From NCBI GenBank assembly GCA_951406725.2, contig OX597832.1:8494001-8558000 (forward strand): DNA of 64,000 nucleotides, read 5' to 3'. The notes below the pieces were generated by a model. That model was given only the letters and a program-made list of their open reading frames with translations, did not search any database and was not told where the DNA came from. This DNA is from Octopus vulgaris. Taxonomy: Eukaryota. Made by a program: the position numbers and the translations under genes. This document shows positions 25,176 through 40,875 of this stretch, one piece after another (position 1 is the stretch's first letter; each line of letters starts with the position of its first letter).

Positions 25176-26228
25176 ATAGGTATTAAGACTGGAATTTGTA
25201 AAGAGTTGGTTTTTTTTATTGCATTGAACAAGTGATCAACTAGTAATGAATATTATTAAACTCCGAAGCGGATGAAAGGCAAAATAAACTCGGCGAAATT
25301 TGAACACAGAAAGTAAGGCCGGGAGAAACGCCACGAATCATTTTGCTTGGTTTGCTAAAGATTTTGCCAAAAAGCCGACTTAACAAGAAGAAGAACAACA
25401 ACAATAACAACAACAATATCAGTAACTGCCAGAAAATCAACAATAATGATGATAATCCTTTCCGCCATATTTTGGGAGATATGTTTAGGTCAATCTTCGA
25501 AATTTGATTGGATTTTATAAGAAAGCCTGCTGTGCAATTGTACGCATAATCTCTCCAAATGGTTTTCTTAAGTGAATATGGAATCTGACACCAGTCCGAT
25601 GTTTGAGATGTTGACATACTTTCACTCTTTCAGCAATTTTGGAGTGAATTTTCTTCTTTGAAAGAACATAAGGAAAACACATGCTTTCTTTATACTTGTT
25701 TATGCTCAGAGCGGTAAGTGCATGCATGCCTGTTGCTCTGTTTTGCTATAGTATTATTGTTGTCAACTGAATTGATTATTATGATATTCCTTTTGGAAGT
25801 TTTTTTCATGTTTATTTTCCCTCTAATTTGTTTGTTTCTGAGCCAATTCAAATATATACTAATATTTCTTTTCTTACGTTCTCTAGCTGTTTTGCTTTGT
25901 CCACAATAATGTTTCTTAGAGGGCGATTCTTATATTAATAAAAAAAAAAGAACAAAAGACAAAACAAACTCATATTTATCTCAGCCTTAGACGATAGAAT
26001 AATGTGAAATTATTAAAAAATAATGAAATAAATTTCTAGCCTAGAGGTCCTGGAAATTCCAAACCATTTCATATGATTCTATGTGAAATATAATTCGAAA
26101 TAAAAATTACTTCCTTAAAGTTACAATTTATAAATATCGAGAATAAATGGTGGTAGATTTTTCACGGTAAACTTAGTTGCACAACAGAAGAAATGTAATA
26201 GTAAGAAAAGAGTGTGCACATTTATGTA

Positions 26229-26290
<62 letters not shown>

Positions 26291-26408
26291 TAATACAAAA
26301 TGGGACCAGAACGCAAGACAACCAGACAGCTAGGTGATACAAAAAGGGACCACAGAACATCCAGATAGACGATACAAAGAAAAGATGGATGGGTCATTCG
26401 AAGTTCAA

Positions 26409-26464
<56 letters not shown>

Positions 26465-26915
26465 AGCAATTTAATGTGAAACAAGGTGGGAAAGAATAGT
26501 ATTCGAGTACTGCAAGTAGAGTAATATGCTTTGTTATTAAAACTGGAAAACATCACATACATATAAAAAAAACCTTGCTAATCAGAGTTTCATGTTCTGA
26601 ATCTGAGCTGTCTGACGAAGGGGAACGTGACCCTCTGAATAACAGTTTTCTGTGATATTTTTCTGCTGTTTTTGCAAGCTTTAATAATAAAGTATATATA
26701 TATACGTTTTTATTATTTTTTGCAATTTACTTAATCATTGGTATTTTATTGTTATTTTAATTTTAATATTTCTATTATATGTAATTTTCTAGATAGTGTA
26801 ATTTGTTCATTTTGAATTGATAATAAACTGGGTTTTTTCTAATTTATATATATATATATATATATATATACATACACACACACATGCAAACACACACACA
26901 TATATACATATATAT

Positions 26916-27324
<409 letters not shown>

Positions 27325-27830
27325 TACCGCCTTCCATCACGAATGAGAGTGCACCTAGGAAGTTCTCGTATATCATAGATGGTTATAGTTTTAAGATGAT
27401 ACAGGTGTTCGACGTGTGCGCTACTCTTAGTAGTTAGAGCATTCGCGAAAATGCGTTCGAATTGGCTAAAAAAAATGTATAGAAATATTACCAAGTGTTT
27501 CAGCTGGATTCAGCTATCTAAATTAATGACTCTGTAAAATCGTACTCTAGTATATATTTAGATCATAGAAATTTGGATTTGTCAGTGTTAAAGATGTCTG
27601 TGATGTTTTGTTCATTTTAGCAAACGTCGGCAACGAATGGGACATGTACACAACAACAGAAATACTTTGTCAAGTTTCTACTACCGCAATTTCAATTAAA
27701 TGCATTGAGACAACTCGTGACCTTAATAGAATTCACTTACTCACGGTGACATTGATCGGAATCGAAACACGATGTGATTGCAAACAGGAAGTAATATTTC
27801 GCTCATTATTTAGCGGATCTTAGCAGTGCA

Positions 27831-27903
<73 letters not shown>

Positions 27904-30097
27904 CTAATTACTTTTACGCAGCGCAATCCCACATGCTGGTGTTTAATTTACATTTCAAATAAAAGTAAACGTATGTAAAAAATAGATATTTCTTTTTTTG
28001 AATGATCTTTTCTCTGTGTTTCCTTATATTTCCCACAGTAGTCTTTTAAGTTGGAAAGAATTCAAGTCGGCACTGTAAACAAACAAATTACCCATCACTT
28101 CTAAATAACATCAGTGGCCTAAAGCAATGCAAAATGTACTTACGGAACTATTTCCAGCTATGTGATCTTGTCTATCGATGGTTAAGTTTATTATCAATAG
28201 ATGTAACACTTCTTAGGTGGTGAGACTCGCAAATGTATACGCTCTGCATGCTTGAAAATTCGATATTTCGTATTTGATAATGAGAGATTCTGATACGAAA
28301 AAGAAATGCCATTGTTGAGATTGGAGTGTGGTTTGGTTTCCTAGTTTGCTGGAATCAGATAAACTGTGCTACTATTGATGAACAGAATGACATGAAAGTT
28401 GTATTCTCCCATCTTCAAATTCAGAAGCTATTTCTTTAAGGAATAATTACTCTAATGTTACTAGTAGTTGTCTACGCCGGAGTTTTAATGTTGAGGTAAT
28501 TTCCAATTATCCTTGAATGCTGATCTACTTTCAGTTATAATAAATTCTCGAAGAGCTACTAAAACTGAAATTCTTCGGGTTATTGAATCCGAAACTCTTT
28601 CAGGTAAGTCTTCTCACTCATAGAATGATCTAGTCTCTGAAACATCGCTCTACGTTGTAGAATCAGTAGTCACATCATCCTAGAATAACACATTAGCGTT
28701 TAATAAGGGTGGTCAAGTTAGATGATGTATTATGGGATATAGTATGCGTGAAAATGTAGCTGTGCTTACTTGTGCACGCTATTATGAGTGACTTCCTTTA
28801 AACATCTGGCAAACACAAAGGCATGCATTGTCTGTGTATGATTGTGTCTCGCAAGTGTATCAGGTTCATGCGAATGAGAGAAAAGGAGAATGAGAGAAAT
28901 AGAAAACGGAGAGAAAAAAAATTTAGATGGTTGAGTATACCGAAAACTATTTAACACATTACATTTACATGAAATTTGGTTATGACTATGCTTTGACTTA
29001 ACATATTTTCTCCGTGGCTGTTTTATTTCATCTAAATATACGCAGTTACTCGTTGCCGGATATAAACCGTAGCAGGCAGCAATAATTACTGCATTAAGAA
29101 CATCAACTTGGTGAGCTCACAATTCTGAGTTTGACTTTGACGAGTGGTACACCGAAATATAAATGAAAATCACTCTATTCAAAATTTACTTTGTGTACTG
29201 TTTTAACCTACATGAGTAAATGTGTTTACAGAAATATGACTACAATCAAACATTTATTTAATATATGAAACAAAGAAATGAAATAGATGACACAAATATC
29301 AAAGACTTTAATTTTGCTACATCAAGATGAGATGAGAATGTAGATGAAGGTGGCTTTACTCATCACCCTTGAAGTGGTAAAGTGAAAACCAGTATTATAA
29401 TTTATGTCGGTAAAAAACGTAAAAGAATTTAATTTCAATAATTGGTCGTATGTCGCAACAATAACTCAAAATGTAACTTTTGATTAAGAATTTATTACCC
29501 TCTAAACATTGTCTAGTATATTTTATTAATTTAGATCTCAAATTAGAATATCCCCCGCCCCATGAAGGAAATTATGTTATCGGTTAAACATAGAGTAAAC
29601 TTAATTATTTACAACGAAATATTCTCGGTAAATATATATTTTGCTTGTGTTTTAAAATAACTCTAATTCCTTTGGGAAATTTTGGGAAATAATTATATAA
29701 ATATATTTTGCTGATGAAGACAAATTATAGACTAGTCAAGTATCGTGAATTCATAATAACGATTATTTTTCTGTTTGGCTGTTTGTCTACTTTGAAACTT
29801 TTAAGGGCAGATTAAGATAAAGCGTTTCTGCAACTGTTTGTTACATTCTGATATAAACATTAAAATAACATTGCTCGTCTTCCTATAATTGGTGCATAAA
29901 ACAAAATAAAATAATCCGTGAAGATTTAATATATGTAAATATTTTTACGAATGTTTGTTTACAGATTTAAAATTTCATTATATTTATTTCAGTAATGAAT
30001 ATTTTTGAAAGGTAAGTAAAATGAAAACATACGTATCTGTTTGCTGCATTCAAACACACACACACACACACCCACACATGTATATCAATCTATCTAG

Positions 30098-30161
<64 letters not shown>

Positions 30162-30179
30162 ATGTATATATATCCATAC

Positions 30180-30231
<52 letters not shown>

Positions 30232-30933
30232 CTGCGCACACACAAAATCAGTTAACGCATGTCTGCGGGTACGCGGTATGTATATTCGTATTGTACATTT
30301 TTCACAAAGTATTATTATCATCTGTAATAAATCCTATACGAGCGACAAAGAAAATCTTCTACTCTATAGAGGGATTTGAGATTCTCCCTGCCAATCATAT
30401 CCTAACCAAATAGACATCATGTTTATCCTTTAGATTTAAATCCTTTAAATTCAGAAAATCTTCAACATATCCTTAAGAAAGAAAATCCACACAAAAAATC
30501 CCCTACTCGCCTACACATTCCTCTCATTACGGAACCCATTCATCCACGAATCCGAAGTAGTATGAATTCATTATATGTCCTCCTACACATCTATCTTGCA
30601 AACAATGTCTATTCTTTGTCTTCTTTGCTAGTACTTGTGATCTGAATCTTCTTTCACTGTAAGTGTCATAATTTCAATTCAATTGACATACAACAATGCT
30701 AACTTACATCTGTTATATGTTTCACTCATTATGCTGCAGCTTTGCCGAGGAACAGGCTTCATGTGTTCCTATTTAAGCCAAAAGAACTCAGTAGTTTAGT
30801 TTGCGTGTGTTACCAGATTCTCCGAACCGCTTTATTATAAGAAATAAAAAAGAAAAACACTTGTTGTTTGAGAGGAACAAAAGTAAGCACAAATACTCTC
30901 ATACACACATTACTATATACATATGCATATAAA

Positions 30934-31252
30934 TGGTACTCCGTCGGTTACGACGACGGGGTTTCCAGGTGGTCCAATCAACTAAACAGCCTGCTCGTGA
31001 AATTAACGTAAAAGTGGCTCAGCACTCCAAAACAACGCGTAACATTAACGTAATAGTCGGAGAAATTCTGTTTGACACACAATGTGACAAGGTCGGCTCA
31101 TTTTGAAATAAAGGTAATAATCATGTTTTACCAGTTGAGTAGACTGGAGCAACGGGAAATAAAGTGTCTTGGTCAAGGCCAATACGTGTCGCTGGTAATT
31201 GACCTTAAAATCGTCAGCTCAACACCTTAACCACTAAGCCATGCGCCTTCAC
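30934..31252 (-). mobile_element. tRNA-derived SINE, decayed
   Basis: Minus strand starts GTGAAGGCGCATGGCTTAGTGGTTAAGG, with central AAGACACTTTATTTCCCGTTGCTCCAGTCTACTCA. Its 3' part is shared with 35030-35308. Confidence 0.75.
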
Positions 31253-31303
31253 TCATATACATACATACACATTTATATACATACATATATATTTATATAT
31301 ATA

Positions 31304-31497
31304 CAGTGTGGAGCAGAGAGAACATGTTTGAAAATTTCTCAAAATCATTAATTTTAGCTGCAAACAAATGATATTGACATCAACGCGTTCGTAGTGAATT
31401 AGCATTTGCCAAAATCCAGTGTGAAAAACAACATTCATCATGTGGTGTCCGTTTCATCGATGCATTTGCAAAGGCATTCTTGAAAGTTCTTGAAAGT
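31304..31497 (-). mobile_element. 3' end of a Tc1-like transposon
   Basis: Minus strand NFQECLCKCIDE followed (across a frameshift) by NGHHMMNVVF resembles Tc1-type C-termini; the terminus reads TA-CAGTG. Confidence 0.5.
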
Positions 31498-31896
31498 AGA
31501 CGTTTGACGAGAAGTTTCGTGCAAGAGTTGGTTTAATCGCTCTTCATCGATCACAACTGGACGGTCAGAACGAGGTCTATCTTTGAGGTCAAAATTTCCG
31601 TTTTTGAACTTGGTATAGCAATCACGAGCGGTTCTTTCAGCTATGGCACCGTCTCCATACACAGCACAAATGTCGTGAGCAGCTTTTCCGGCCTTACAAA
31701 CTTGATCAAAATCAAAAAGGAGGTGTCGAAAATGCTCGTTTCTTTGAACTCGTCATTCCATTTTAATGATCTGAAACTAAACAAAAATTAAATATATTAA
31801 CTAGAAAAAAAACAAGACAAAATAGATTCCCAAATTTAAAAGCGCAATAAATTCCAAACTTTAAACAAATGGTGGGAAATTAGTTGCCAACCCAAT
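31498..31896 (-). mobile_element. Mariner 5' end: TIR plus HTH region
   Basis: TIR-like ATTGGGTTGGCAACTAA at the right edge, then NEHFRHLLF...AAHDICAVYGDGAIAERTARDCYTKFKNGNFDLKDRPRSDRPVVIDEERLNQLLHE. Confidence 0.85.
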
Positions 31897-31900
31897 GTGT

Positions 31901-32068
<168 letters not shown>

Positions 32069-32078
32069 CACAATACAT

Positions 32079-32130
<52 letters not shown>

Positions 32131-32545
32131 GTTTACGTACACCCACGCAAAATGCCATATCGAATTTACAGCAATTAATTAAACTAAAGTAGATATTAAA
32201 ATGATGCCAATTTTCACTTCAATTATGATGACACTTTCCGGAAATTTATCAACCATACCACTTGTATATTTATGACAATGTAAAATATTTCCTGTTTACA
32301 GGTAACAGAATAGCTTGAACTGATCATATCTCCTAAAATAATTAATATATTTTCGTCTTCTATTCATAATTTAAAAATAATTTTTACATTGAATGTTAGA
32401 AATGACCTACAGGATTACGTAAACATATTTGGTTTCGATTAATTACAATTTATTTCGTGTCTGTCTTCCATAACAGGTGAATAGAAAATAGAAGCGGTTG
32501 GCGTGATACTAAAATATTTGCTTCATGATCATGTAGTGAATGGTT

Positions 32546-32718
32546 GTTAGTTAGTTAGTTAGTTAATTTTTTGGCTCAAAAAGCAAAAAGTAGGGCCATG
32601 TAGGGGGACATGGAGTTATGTACAGGGTGTTGTTCATGTAAAGATTTCAGGCCATTTGTCGTCAAGGGAGACTTTGAACCGAGCGGTCGTCGGCATCTTC
32701 ACTATCTCGTCCGGTTGC
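32546..32718 (-). mobile_element. CR1/L2-type LINE extreme 3' end with (TAAC)n tail
   Basis: Minus strand PDEIVKMPTTARFKVSLDDKWPEIFT*, then a short UTR and (TAAC)n. Confidence 0.75.
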
Positions 32719-33689
32719 ATCTTACGTAAAGTAACTTAAGCAGATATTAGCCGTCATTGTCTTCTAAAATGATATTGGGTATACGTAAATCATGCAAGAT
32801 CCTGTCGGGAAGGATAACTCCTGCCCCGCGCCCGAACTAGGGATTGAGATAGTACTAGGCGTGATCCTTCTCTATATAATAATTCTCTTGCTATTGGATT
32901 AATGGATGGTTTTGCTCTGTGGCAAACTTTCGGAATAAGATGTCGATGTCTTCCAATGTTCTGACTACACTCCTGAAATGTCCTCTGAAACAGTTACTCC
33001 TGTTGCTCCTCCACATGTCTCTTTTTCATTGTTCCATTTCACTTTCTTCATTTACCTACACTTCTAATCGTATCCAAAGTAAAATTACCATAACATTTGC
33101 TTGAATGTGTTCACGTTTCAGAAAATTATCGAAAATACATAGTTTGCAAGGTCGTGTATTAGAATGTTTTCCTCAGACATTTGTTACATTGTAAAATAAT
33201 GAAATTCTTTGGAATCGCAGCGTCACTGGAGCAGTAGAAAAATGTCCTTTCGTTCTGAGTTCATATTATTACGATGCTAACTATGCCTTTCCGCCCTCAA
33301 GTAAATTTCTCCCACTAAAATTGCTAGCCTTGTGCCTAAATCAGTAAAAAATTATGAGATGATAAAACGGGTGTGACTTACATGTCCTTAGAACCCATGA
33401 TATATCACTTTATTTAATATCCTTCTCACTTTCCCTTACCTGTGTCAAATTCGATATAATGAAATATTAGTGAAAGACAATGCTTACTAAATTCAAGTAT
33501 TTATCTCATCCAAGATACCTGATAGCGTATGTCGGAAACGAATGATAGACAATAATTTAAAATAATAATATCTCCGTTTTGATATTGTTCAGTGAGTATA
33601 TGTCTCGATGGAGAGATACTCTAAATGATATAATGGTCTTGTTGCGAAGACATTCCATCTATTGGATGTTTTGGTTTCTATTTTAACAC

Positions 33690-33890
33690 ACGGACAGCAA
33701 CTTCGGTGGAGACGTTAACTCAATTACATCGACATTAGTGCTCTATCGGTACTGATTTTAACGACCCCGTAAGGATGAAATGTAAAGTCGACCTAGGCGG
33801 AATTGGAAATGAGAATGTAAAGACGCACGAAATACCAGTTAACATTTTGTCCGGTGTGGCAGCGATTCTGCCAGCTCATTGCCTTAGCTG
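33690..33890 (-). mobile_element. Meta-domain SINE
   Basis: Minus strand AAGGCAATGAGCTGGCAGAATCGCT...CAATTCCGCCTAGGTCGACTTTACATTTCATCCTTACGGGGTCGTTAAAATCAGTACC. Confidence 0.75.
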
Positions 33891-34590
33891 CTTGAAATAA
33901 TAGCCAGGTTTTCTGAAGTCTTATTCTGCTTTCATCAAGGTGGCAGAATATACTAGATAACATAGTTGCCAAATTTTTGAGGTAGTTTTACCACAAAAGG
34001 TGATTGTATATAATTTCATTTCAGACTGAGTTGACATCTCGCTGCTATCAGCTATATTTCAAACTAGTCAGTGTGGATAGAATAGGGTATATATGAAGTA
34101 TGGAAATGCTGGTACCGACTAACCTACTCTTAAAAATAGCCATTATTTTACTTCTAAATAGATATTTAGAAAGTAATTTGTCTCGGAGAAATTTCGAGAA
34201 AGAGAACATTTAGAAAGAGACAAAAAGAAAAAGCCAAGAAAATTCATGCTTATTTGTTTCGGTAAAAATTACATATTGCATTTATTGTTATAGAAATAAC
34301 ATTACTTGAGATGGTATGTGGTTAGGTACAGAAAGTTTCTAACAATTCCTATATTTTCTGATTTCAAGAGTACTTTTAGTAGTACTTTCTGAAAGACTGA
34401 CAGCATGAGCCAAATCAACGAAACACTACGTTATTTTGTCAGCCGGTTTACAGATTCTGACACACGCCATTTTTCTATAGGAAATGTTCACGTAAATGAA
34501 TACTCAGTAGACAGCGTGTAGTTTTTCTGTACTTTTAGACTAAATTGTTATTTTAATTAGAGTGTGCAACGCATAAGATTCATACATATC

Positions 34591-34900
<310 letters not shown>

Positions 34901-35029
34901 CCAGTCTGTCTGCCTATTCGTTAACCTTGTTTTTATATTGTTCTCATTCAGTTTGTTACTCGAGTTGGCACAGTTTCATTCTTCCGTCAGTCGATTACAT
35001 ATATGATTGTCGTGTGAGTACATTTTTCT

Positions 35030-35306
35030 TGAAATATGTCGGCTAAGACGACGACTGTTCTAGTTGATACAATGAAAGGAGCAGCCTGCTTGTGAAGTTA
35101 ACATGCACGTGCATGAGCACTCCACAAAAACGCATACCCTTAACCTATTTCTCAGTGGAATTCAGCGAGGTAGAATGGTGTGGTACATGTACTACTAATT
35201 GTTGCCAGCTGAGTGGACTGTATCAAAGGCAAAAAATAAGTTGCCTTGCGCAAGGATACAACGCGAAAGCGGCAAGATCAAACTCACAACCATACGATTC
35301 TGAGAC

Positions 35307-35308
<2 letters not shown>
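35030..35308 (-). mobile_element. tRNA-derived SINE, decayed (family of 30934-31252)
   Basis: Shares GACGAC...CAGCCTGCT.GTGAA.TTAAC...AGCACTCCA and CCAG.TGAGT.GACTG with 30950-31150. Confidence 0.65.
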
Positions 35309-35380
<72 letters not shown>

Positions 35381-35689
35381 CATACGTATATGTATCTGTG
35401 TGTGAGTGGTTTGGGTACGTATAACGCTTTAATCTACAGGTACTTAAAATTATATTACCCTCACCAGAAAAACAAATATGAAGAATGGATATCAAGTTCA
35501 ATGAAGGATGATCTATTTACTCATGTTTCCATATCATTTCAACCCAAACTCTAATGGTGCATAATTTCATACGCCAAATCCATTATTCTCTGCTGCTTCC
35601 GCTTCGTTGGGCAGCAAAGTACATATCTTCCGCAAATGAGGGCGACGTGATATAAAATAGTTTGTAAAAGCGAATGTATAATGTTACGT

Positions 35690-35778
35690 CATGTTCATAC
35701 AATACATACACACACATGTATATAAATATATGTACGTACATATACTTACATATATATATATATCATATATATACGTGG

Positions 35779-35809
<31 letters not shown>

Positions 35810-35911
35810 CACATATATATGTATATATATATATGTATATACACGTATATGTACGTATATATATTTATATATTTATATAGATAAATATATATATATAATA
35901 AATAAAAATAA

Positions 35912-35943
<32 letters not shown>

Positions 35944-36669
35944 GAATGAATATATAAATAAATAAATATGTATATATGTCTAAATATATGTATATATACA
36001 TATATATATATATGTATAAATATATATATTTATATATGTATGTATAAATATATAAATAAATATATATATATAATATATATATATATGTATAAATATATAT
36101 ATGCACACATATATATATATATGTATATATATACATATATACATATATATATACATGTATATATATATATATATAAATATAAAATATGTATATATATATA
36201 TGTATATATATATTTATATATGTATAAGTATATGTATATACATACGACAAGTTGATCCCATATATATATATACATATATATATATATACGAAAATTAGGA
36301 CCTCGGTTGTAATTCCATTTACAGCAGCTCAACTCTGTAAAGCATGTCCAGGGTTTAAAAAGCAAAAACAACACGTAGAACAAAGTAAGCGGACCAGTGT
36401 TCAGGTTCTTGGCTCTCACATGTCAAGCTAAATAAATCATGGTTATATCGGGTACAGTTCAATAAAGATATATTACATTAAAATAGGATCTTCGTTCGAC
36501 TTTTAATGGCATTGTCAACGTTATTTTCCGTATAATGGAACCTAGATTTATATACTTAAATCGTATCACACTGTAATGTTATTAATGTAAGTGGATATAT
36601 ATGGAAAAGGAAATCTATTACACATAGATATAAAGATACATGCATATACATATAGATATATACAAACGC

Positions 36670-36764
<95 letters not shown>

Positions 36765-36830
36765 CATATATATATATGCATGTATAGATATATACATATA
36801 TATATATGTATATATATACATATATACACA
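35690..36830. repeat. Long degenerate TA/TG/CA low-complexity tracts flanking a roughly 270 bp non-repetitive insert (36290-36560)
   Basis: Read directly from the sequence. Confidence 0.9.
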
Positions 36831-37336
36831 CATATTTCCTCAGTATTCACCATAGGCTAGTAGATTACTGGAACGAGGTCGTAAATGTGTGGTGAAAGTC
36901 AGTGTTATCTAGAAATATAGTAAAATTGAATTTAACAGTGTATGCTTCAATCTAATGGCTGCAATGAATCAATCAGCAAGCAATTGTTTCGGTCAAGATA
37001 AACATTCTCAGATTAAAGCAGTTGTCAAAGATGGTAATATTCTTCCCAAGAAAAATGCTTCACTCGACATGTAATTACTTTTCCGGTGAAACCTTTACAG
37101 AAACGTGTGTTTGTGTGCGTGTCTGTTTATTTGAATGCGCCCCTGTGTGCTTATCATTCTTCTGAGCGAGTCCGTATGGGAGTCTCTGTGTGTGTATGTG
37201 TGTGCTTTTGTTACTAAACCTGTATTTGCTTTTATATACGTTTGTGTGAATGGTGCACAGCAGTAAAAGTGGAAAATAACCAGTGGGTGTAATTTTGAAT
37301 TACCAATGGGTAGTGACTTTGCAGCATTTCACCACG

Positions 37337-37483
<147 letters not shown>

Positions 37484-37565
37484 TCTCTCTGTATGTCTGT
37501 CTGTCTGTCTGTCTGTATGTCTGTCTGTTTATCTATCTATCTATCTATCTATCTATATTCCTGTG

Positions 37566-37601
<36 letters not shown>

Positions 37602-39719
37602 AGTCAATCTATCTATCTCTCTATCTATATATATATATATATCTACCTATCTCCCCTAACTCTATCTCTCTCTCTAACTCTCTATCTCTCTATCTCTCTT
37701 TCTCTCAATCTATACGAATATAAACATATATACAGTAAACAATAAATACATATAAATACTAGGACTGAAGAAAGTATAATTCATATAGTTAAAAATATTT
37801 GAGGGTGACCCCAGCATGGCCACATTGGCCGCAATCATATATCTGAAACCAGCAAACTAATAAAATACTGTTTTGTAATTTCTCTTATAATGAGGTAAGA
37901 GTAATGATGCTTAAATTTTTATTTGGCTATGTATTAGAGAAAGAACAAGGAAATTGAAGGATATTTTATTATTGACATTCATAACGTAGAACCTAGGATA
38001 AGAGTTTTCATATTAACTTCCATTTCTTTGATGATTAACGTGAATATTACAAGCAAATAGTCTATGAATATAAGAATAAATATATTTGTAAATATACACT
38101 TTTTCTGTTTATATTTCATAAATAATCTTTCTTGCGTGTAGGTTATATATATATACATACTTCCATATATTAATGTATGTGTGTATGTGCACACATATAT
38201 GTATGTGTGTATATCTATACACACACACACACACACATATATATATCTTATGTTTGTATTGTGGAATGTAAATTGTTATAATATTGTTGTGGCCAAATAT
38301 ATCTTTTTATGAAAGTTGTTAACAATTATTGACAATATATTTAACCTTTGTTTTCGTTTAACTTATTTATTGCCATCAACTAAGCATAAATGAAGCTATA
38401 AAAAAAACTATTTCAAGAATACAGAGTTAGTGGAAATCCAGATGACTGTTTCAATTTGGTATTTGTCTCCTTCTAATTTAATCTGCTCTGGGATTCACAC
38501 TTAAACCTGGTAGTTCGGTTTCTGTCTCAGATAAATACAAATAGGTGTAAACGACATTTGTGTAAACCGCACCCGTATTGATGAATATTGCAATGTTTCA
38601 AAATTGGTGCCTTTTAATTTAATTTATTCATTTTAGAATGTTGATAGGAATTATGGAATTATCTTCTCGTGTGTGTTGAACGGGTATTGTTTCAACAATA
38701 TTATTTGCGTTAGATATACTACTTTAATTTGAAATCTTAACTGATGAGCGGAAAGGACGCGGGATAAGTGAAACAACGTCCTCTTTATGGCAATTGTATA
38801 AGAAAATTACTACTTTAAGTATTATGAGCTGGTATAATTCTCTTTTGTGTTCACATACCTATCTTAATATTGGCAATGCATGAAATTTGCTTTAGGTTAA
38901 CGGAAGTTTAAGCAACTTTGTACAAAGGAAAAATCTGAGACACTTTTCGTACATTTTGATAGCGTTTAATAAGAGACTTACTTTTTTGGTTAGTAAATAA
39001 CTATACTTAATTAAATTGACCTTGGTGTTTTTACCTCTATATTCAGCCGCATAGTTAGCTTTGAAATGTGCCAAGAACAAGATTTCTCATTGAATTTCTT
39101 ACTGTTGGATTAATTATAACGTGTTTTCATAAGCAATACAAGGAACATTTTTCATTCGTAATTAAAAGCTTTCACTTCGAAATGTTTCGTCCATAAGTGA
39201 ACTGTTGAATCGGTTTTCTTTAAATAGACGAATAATTTTAGACTTAATTTCGCGTTTGCTCGTCCTCCTCCCCGAAATCAATTAGTTATTTCTTACACCC
39301 CTAAATGGTCCGTTACTCAACTACCTAATATTTTACTGATAGATGTTTCAATTACGCCAGATAAATGAACAGGGAAAAATTCGAACCTAAAAGCAGTGAA
39401 GAAAGATGTGGTGTCACCTTAAATATCTTTTAGAATTTAAAAATTAAGAAACAAAATTGAATACATTATTGGGTACAGGGCTTGAACTCAGAGAGGACGG
39501 TACAAAGACTGACAGAGACAATACACGTGGGGACATAAAGAATAAAACGACGAATGAAATTAATACATATACAAAATGAGGATGAAGTTCCTTGCCTGAG
39601 ACCCAGCCTCAAGCAATCGCGTTTTTACTGTTCATTTCATTTCATTATCGGTTATATTATCGACAGAAATCTTATTTAGTCTATAAAATAAGTATCTAAA
39701 TCCTCATATGTTATTTCTG

Positions 39720-40875
39720 GGGGCAGGGTTTCAAACCTCACCTTCTCTCCTACTAAATGTACATCAGTTCTGTAGTATTTTTGTAATGTTTCGAATTTTG
39801 GTATATCTATTATAATGCATTTTGTTTCAGGTGGATGGGATTTGGAAAGCCTAACCCTTGTAATATTTTAAAATTTATTAATAGACATCTCAATGGATTT
39901 ACTGGTGGTTTTGTAAGACAATAAATAATCAATTTGCGATGTTGGGGTTTGAATGTCTGTAGGTGTCTGTTTGCTGGGAAGTTCTGTGCTGTTTTTTTTT
40001 CGGGTGAGGCTGGCAGTGCTGTGTGCTGTGTGGTTGTGTTGTTTTCTCTAGTTGTTTCTGTTTAGTAGGTATTGCTGTGTTTTTTTCTTTATTTTTCGAA
40101 CATTTAACCTACGAATCATTTTTCCTCTCTTCCTGGTAATCTGAATGCAGTCCCCTTCGGCGTCTGTTTGTTCCAATTCGCCTGCATTTTGGTTTTCTTC
40201 TGCTGCCTTTGTTGTACTCACGGGCACAGACATGATTTCTGCTTCTTTCTCCGGTTCTTTTTCGCTTTGGGGGCAGTTCTTTTTGCTGTGTCCTACTGTG
40301 TCCCGGTTGCTTGTACGATTAATGGATTTTCTTTGGTTCCTGATAGGACGGCTGCCGCTATCCACTCCTTTCTTATTTCCGGCGGAATCCTGCCAATCCT
40401 TAGCCTAGAAAGACTTTTCCCCGGATACGTTGGTAGGAGCAGTCATTCCCCGGTTCTTTTACAGTGGAGTGCTTTGCTATCACCTCTACGGAGGCAAATC
40501 TTACAGAATTTCCTTCCACGTGGGTAGTATGCAATGCCTTCTCTAATTCAAACACTTCTGAAGGAGCCATTTCTATCTTCTTTCCAGCCAGGTATAATGT
40601 CCTGCAGATAATAGTCTTCCTCTTGGCTTCTGCAATTAAACATTCTGGAGGGGTCAACTTCACTTTCACCCTTTCCGTTTCTGTATATTCCATACATCCC
40701 TGAAAATACCTGCAATAACCACCTCTCTCATTTCCAACTGAGGCACATTTACTCTCCGATTTCCTGTTTCTCACGCGTAGCTTCTAGTTCTTTCTTCTTC
40801 ACGTATATTAAGCATTATTAAGAAACAAACTTACAGTTCAACAAGTTGCGTGCAGCGCGTGGAGTCAATGTGGTG
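39720..40875 (-). mobile_element. Decayed L1/Tx1-like LINE 5' region (ORF1)
   Basis: Frameshifted ORF pieces ...RFASVEVIAKHST / LLLPTYPGKSLSRLRIGRIPPEIRKEWIAAAVL / GHSKKNCP (zinc-knuckle remnant) / EGDCIQITRKRGK. Confidence 0.6.

Noticed and set aside
25598-25661. MFEMLTYFHSFSNFGVNFLL resembling a GPCR TM7
   Set aside because: It is only 20 codons, is bounded by stops, and has no other transmembrane segments nearby.
28080-28700. Possible piggyBac relic on the minus strand (acidic N-terminus, RWENTT, SIDNKL)
   Set aside because: The motif matches are too short and degenerate, and I found no TTAA-bounded TIR pair.
38741-38785. CTGATGAG...GAAACAACGTC hammerhead-like string
   Set aside because: Core words are present, but stem I does not pair and stem II is not adjacent to GAAA.
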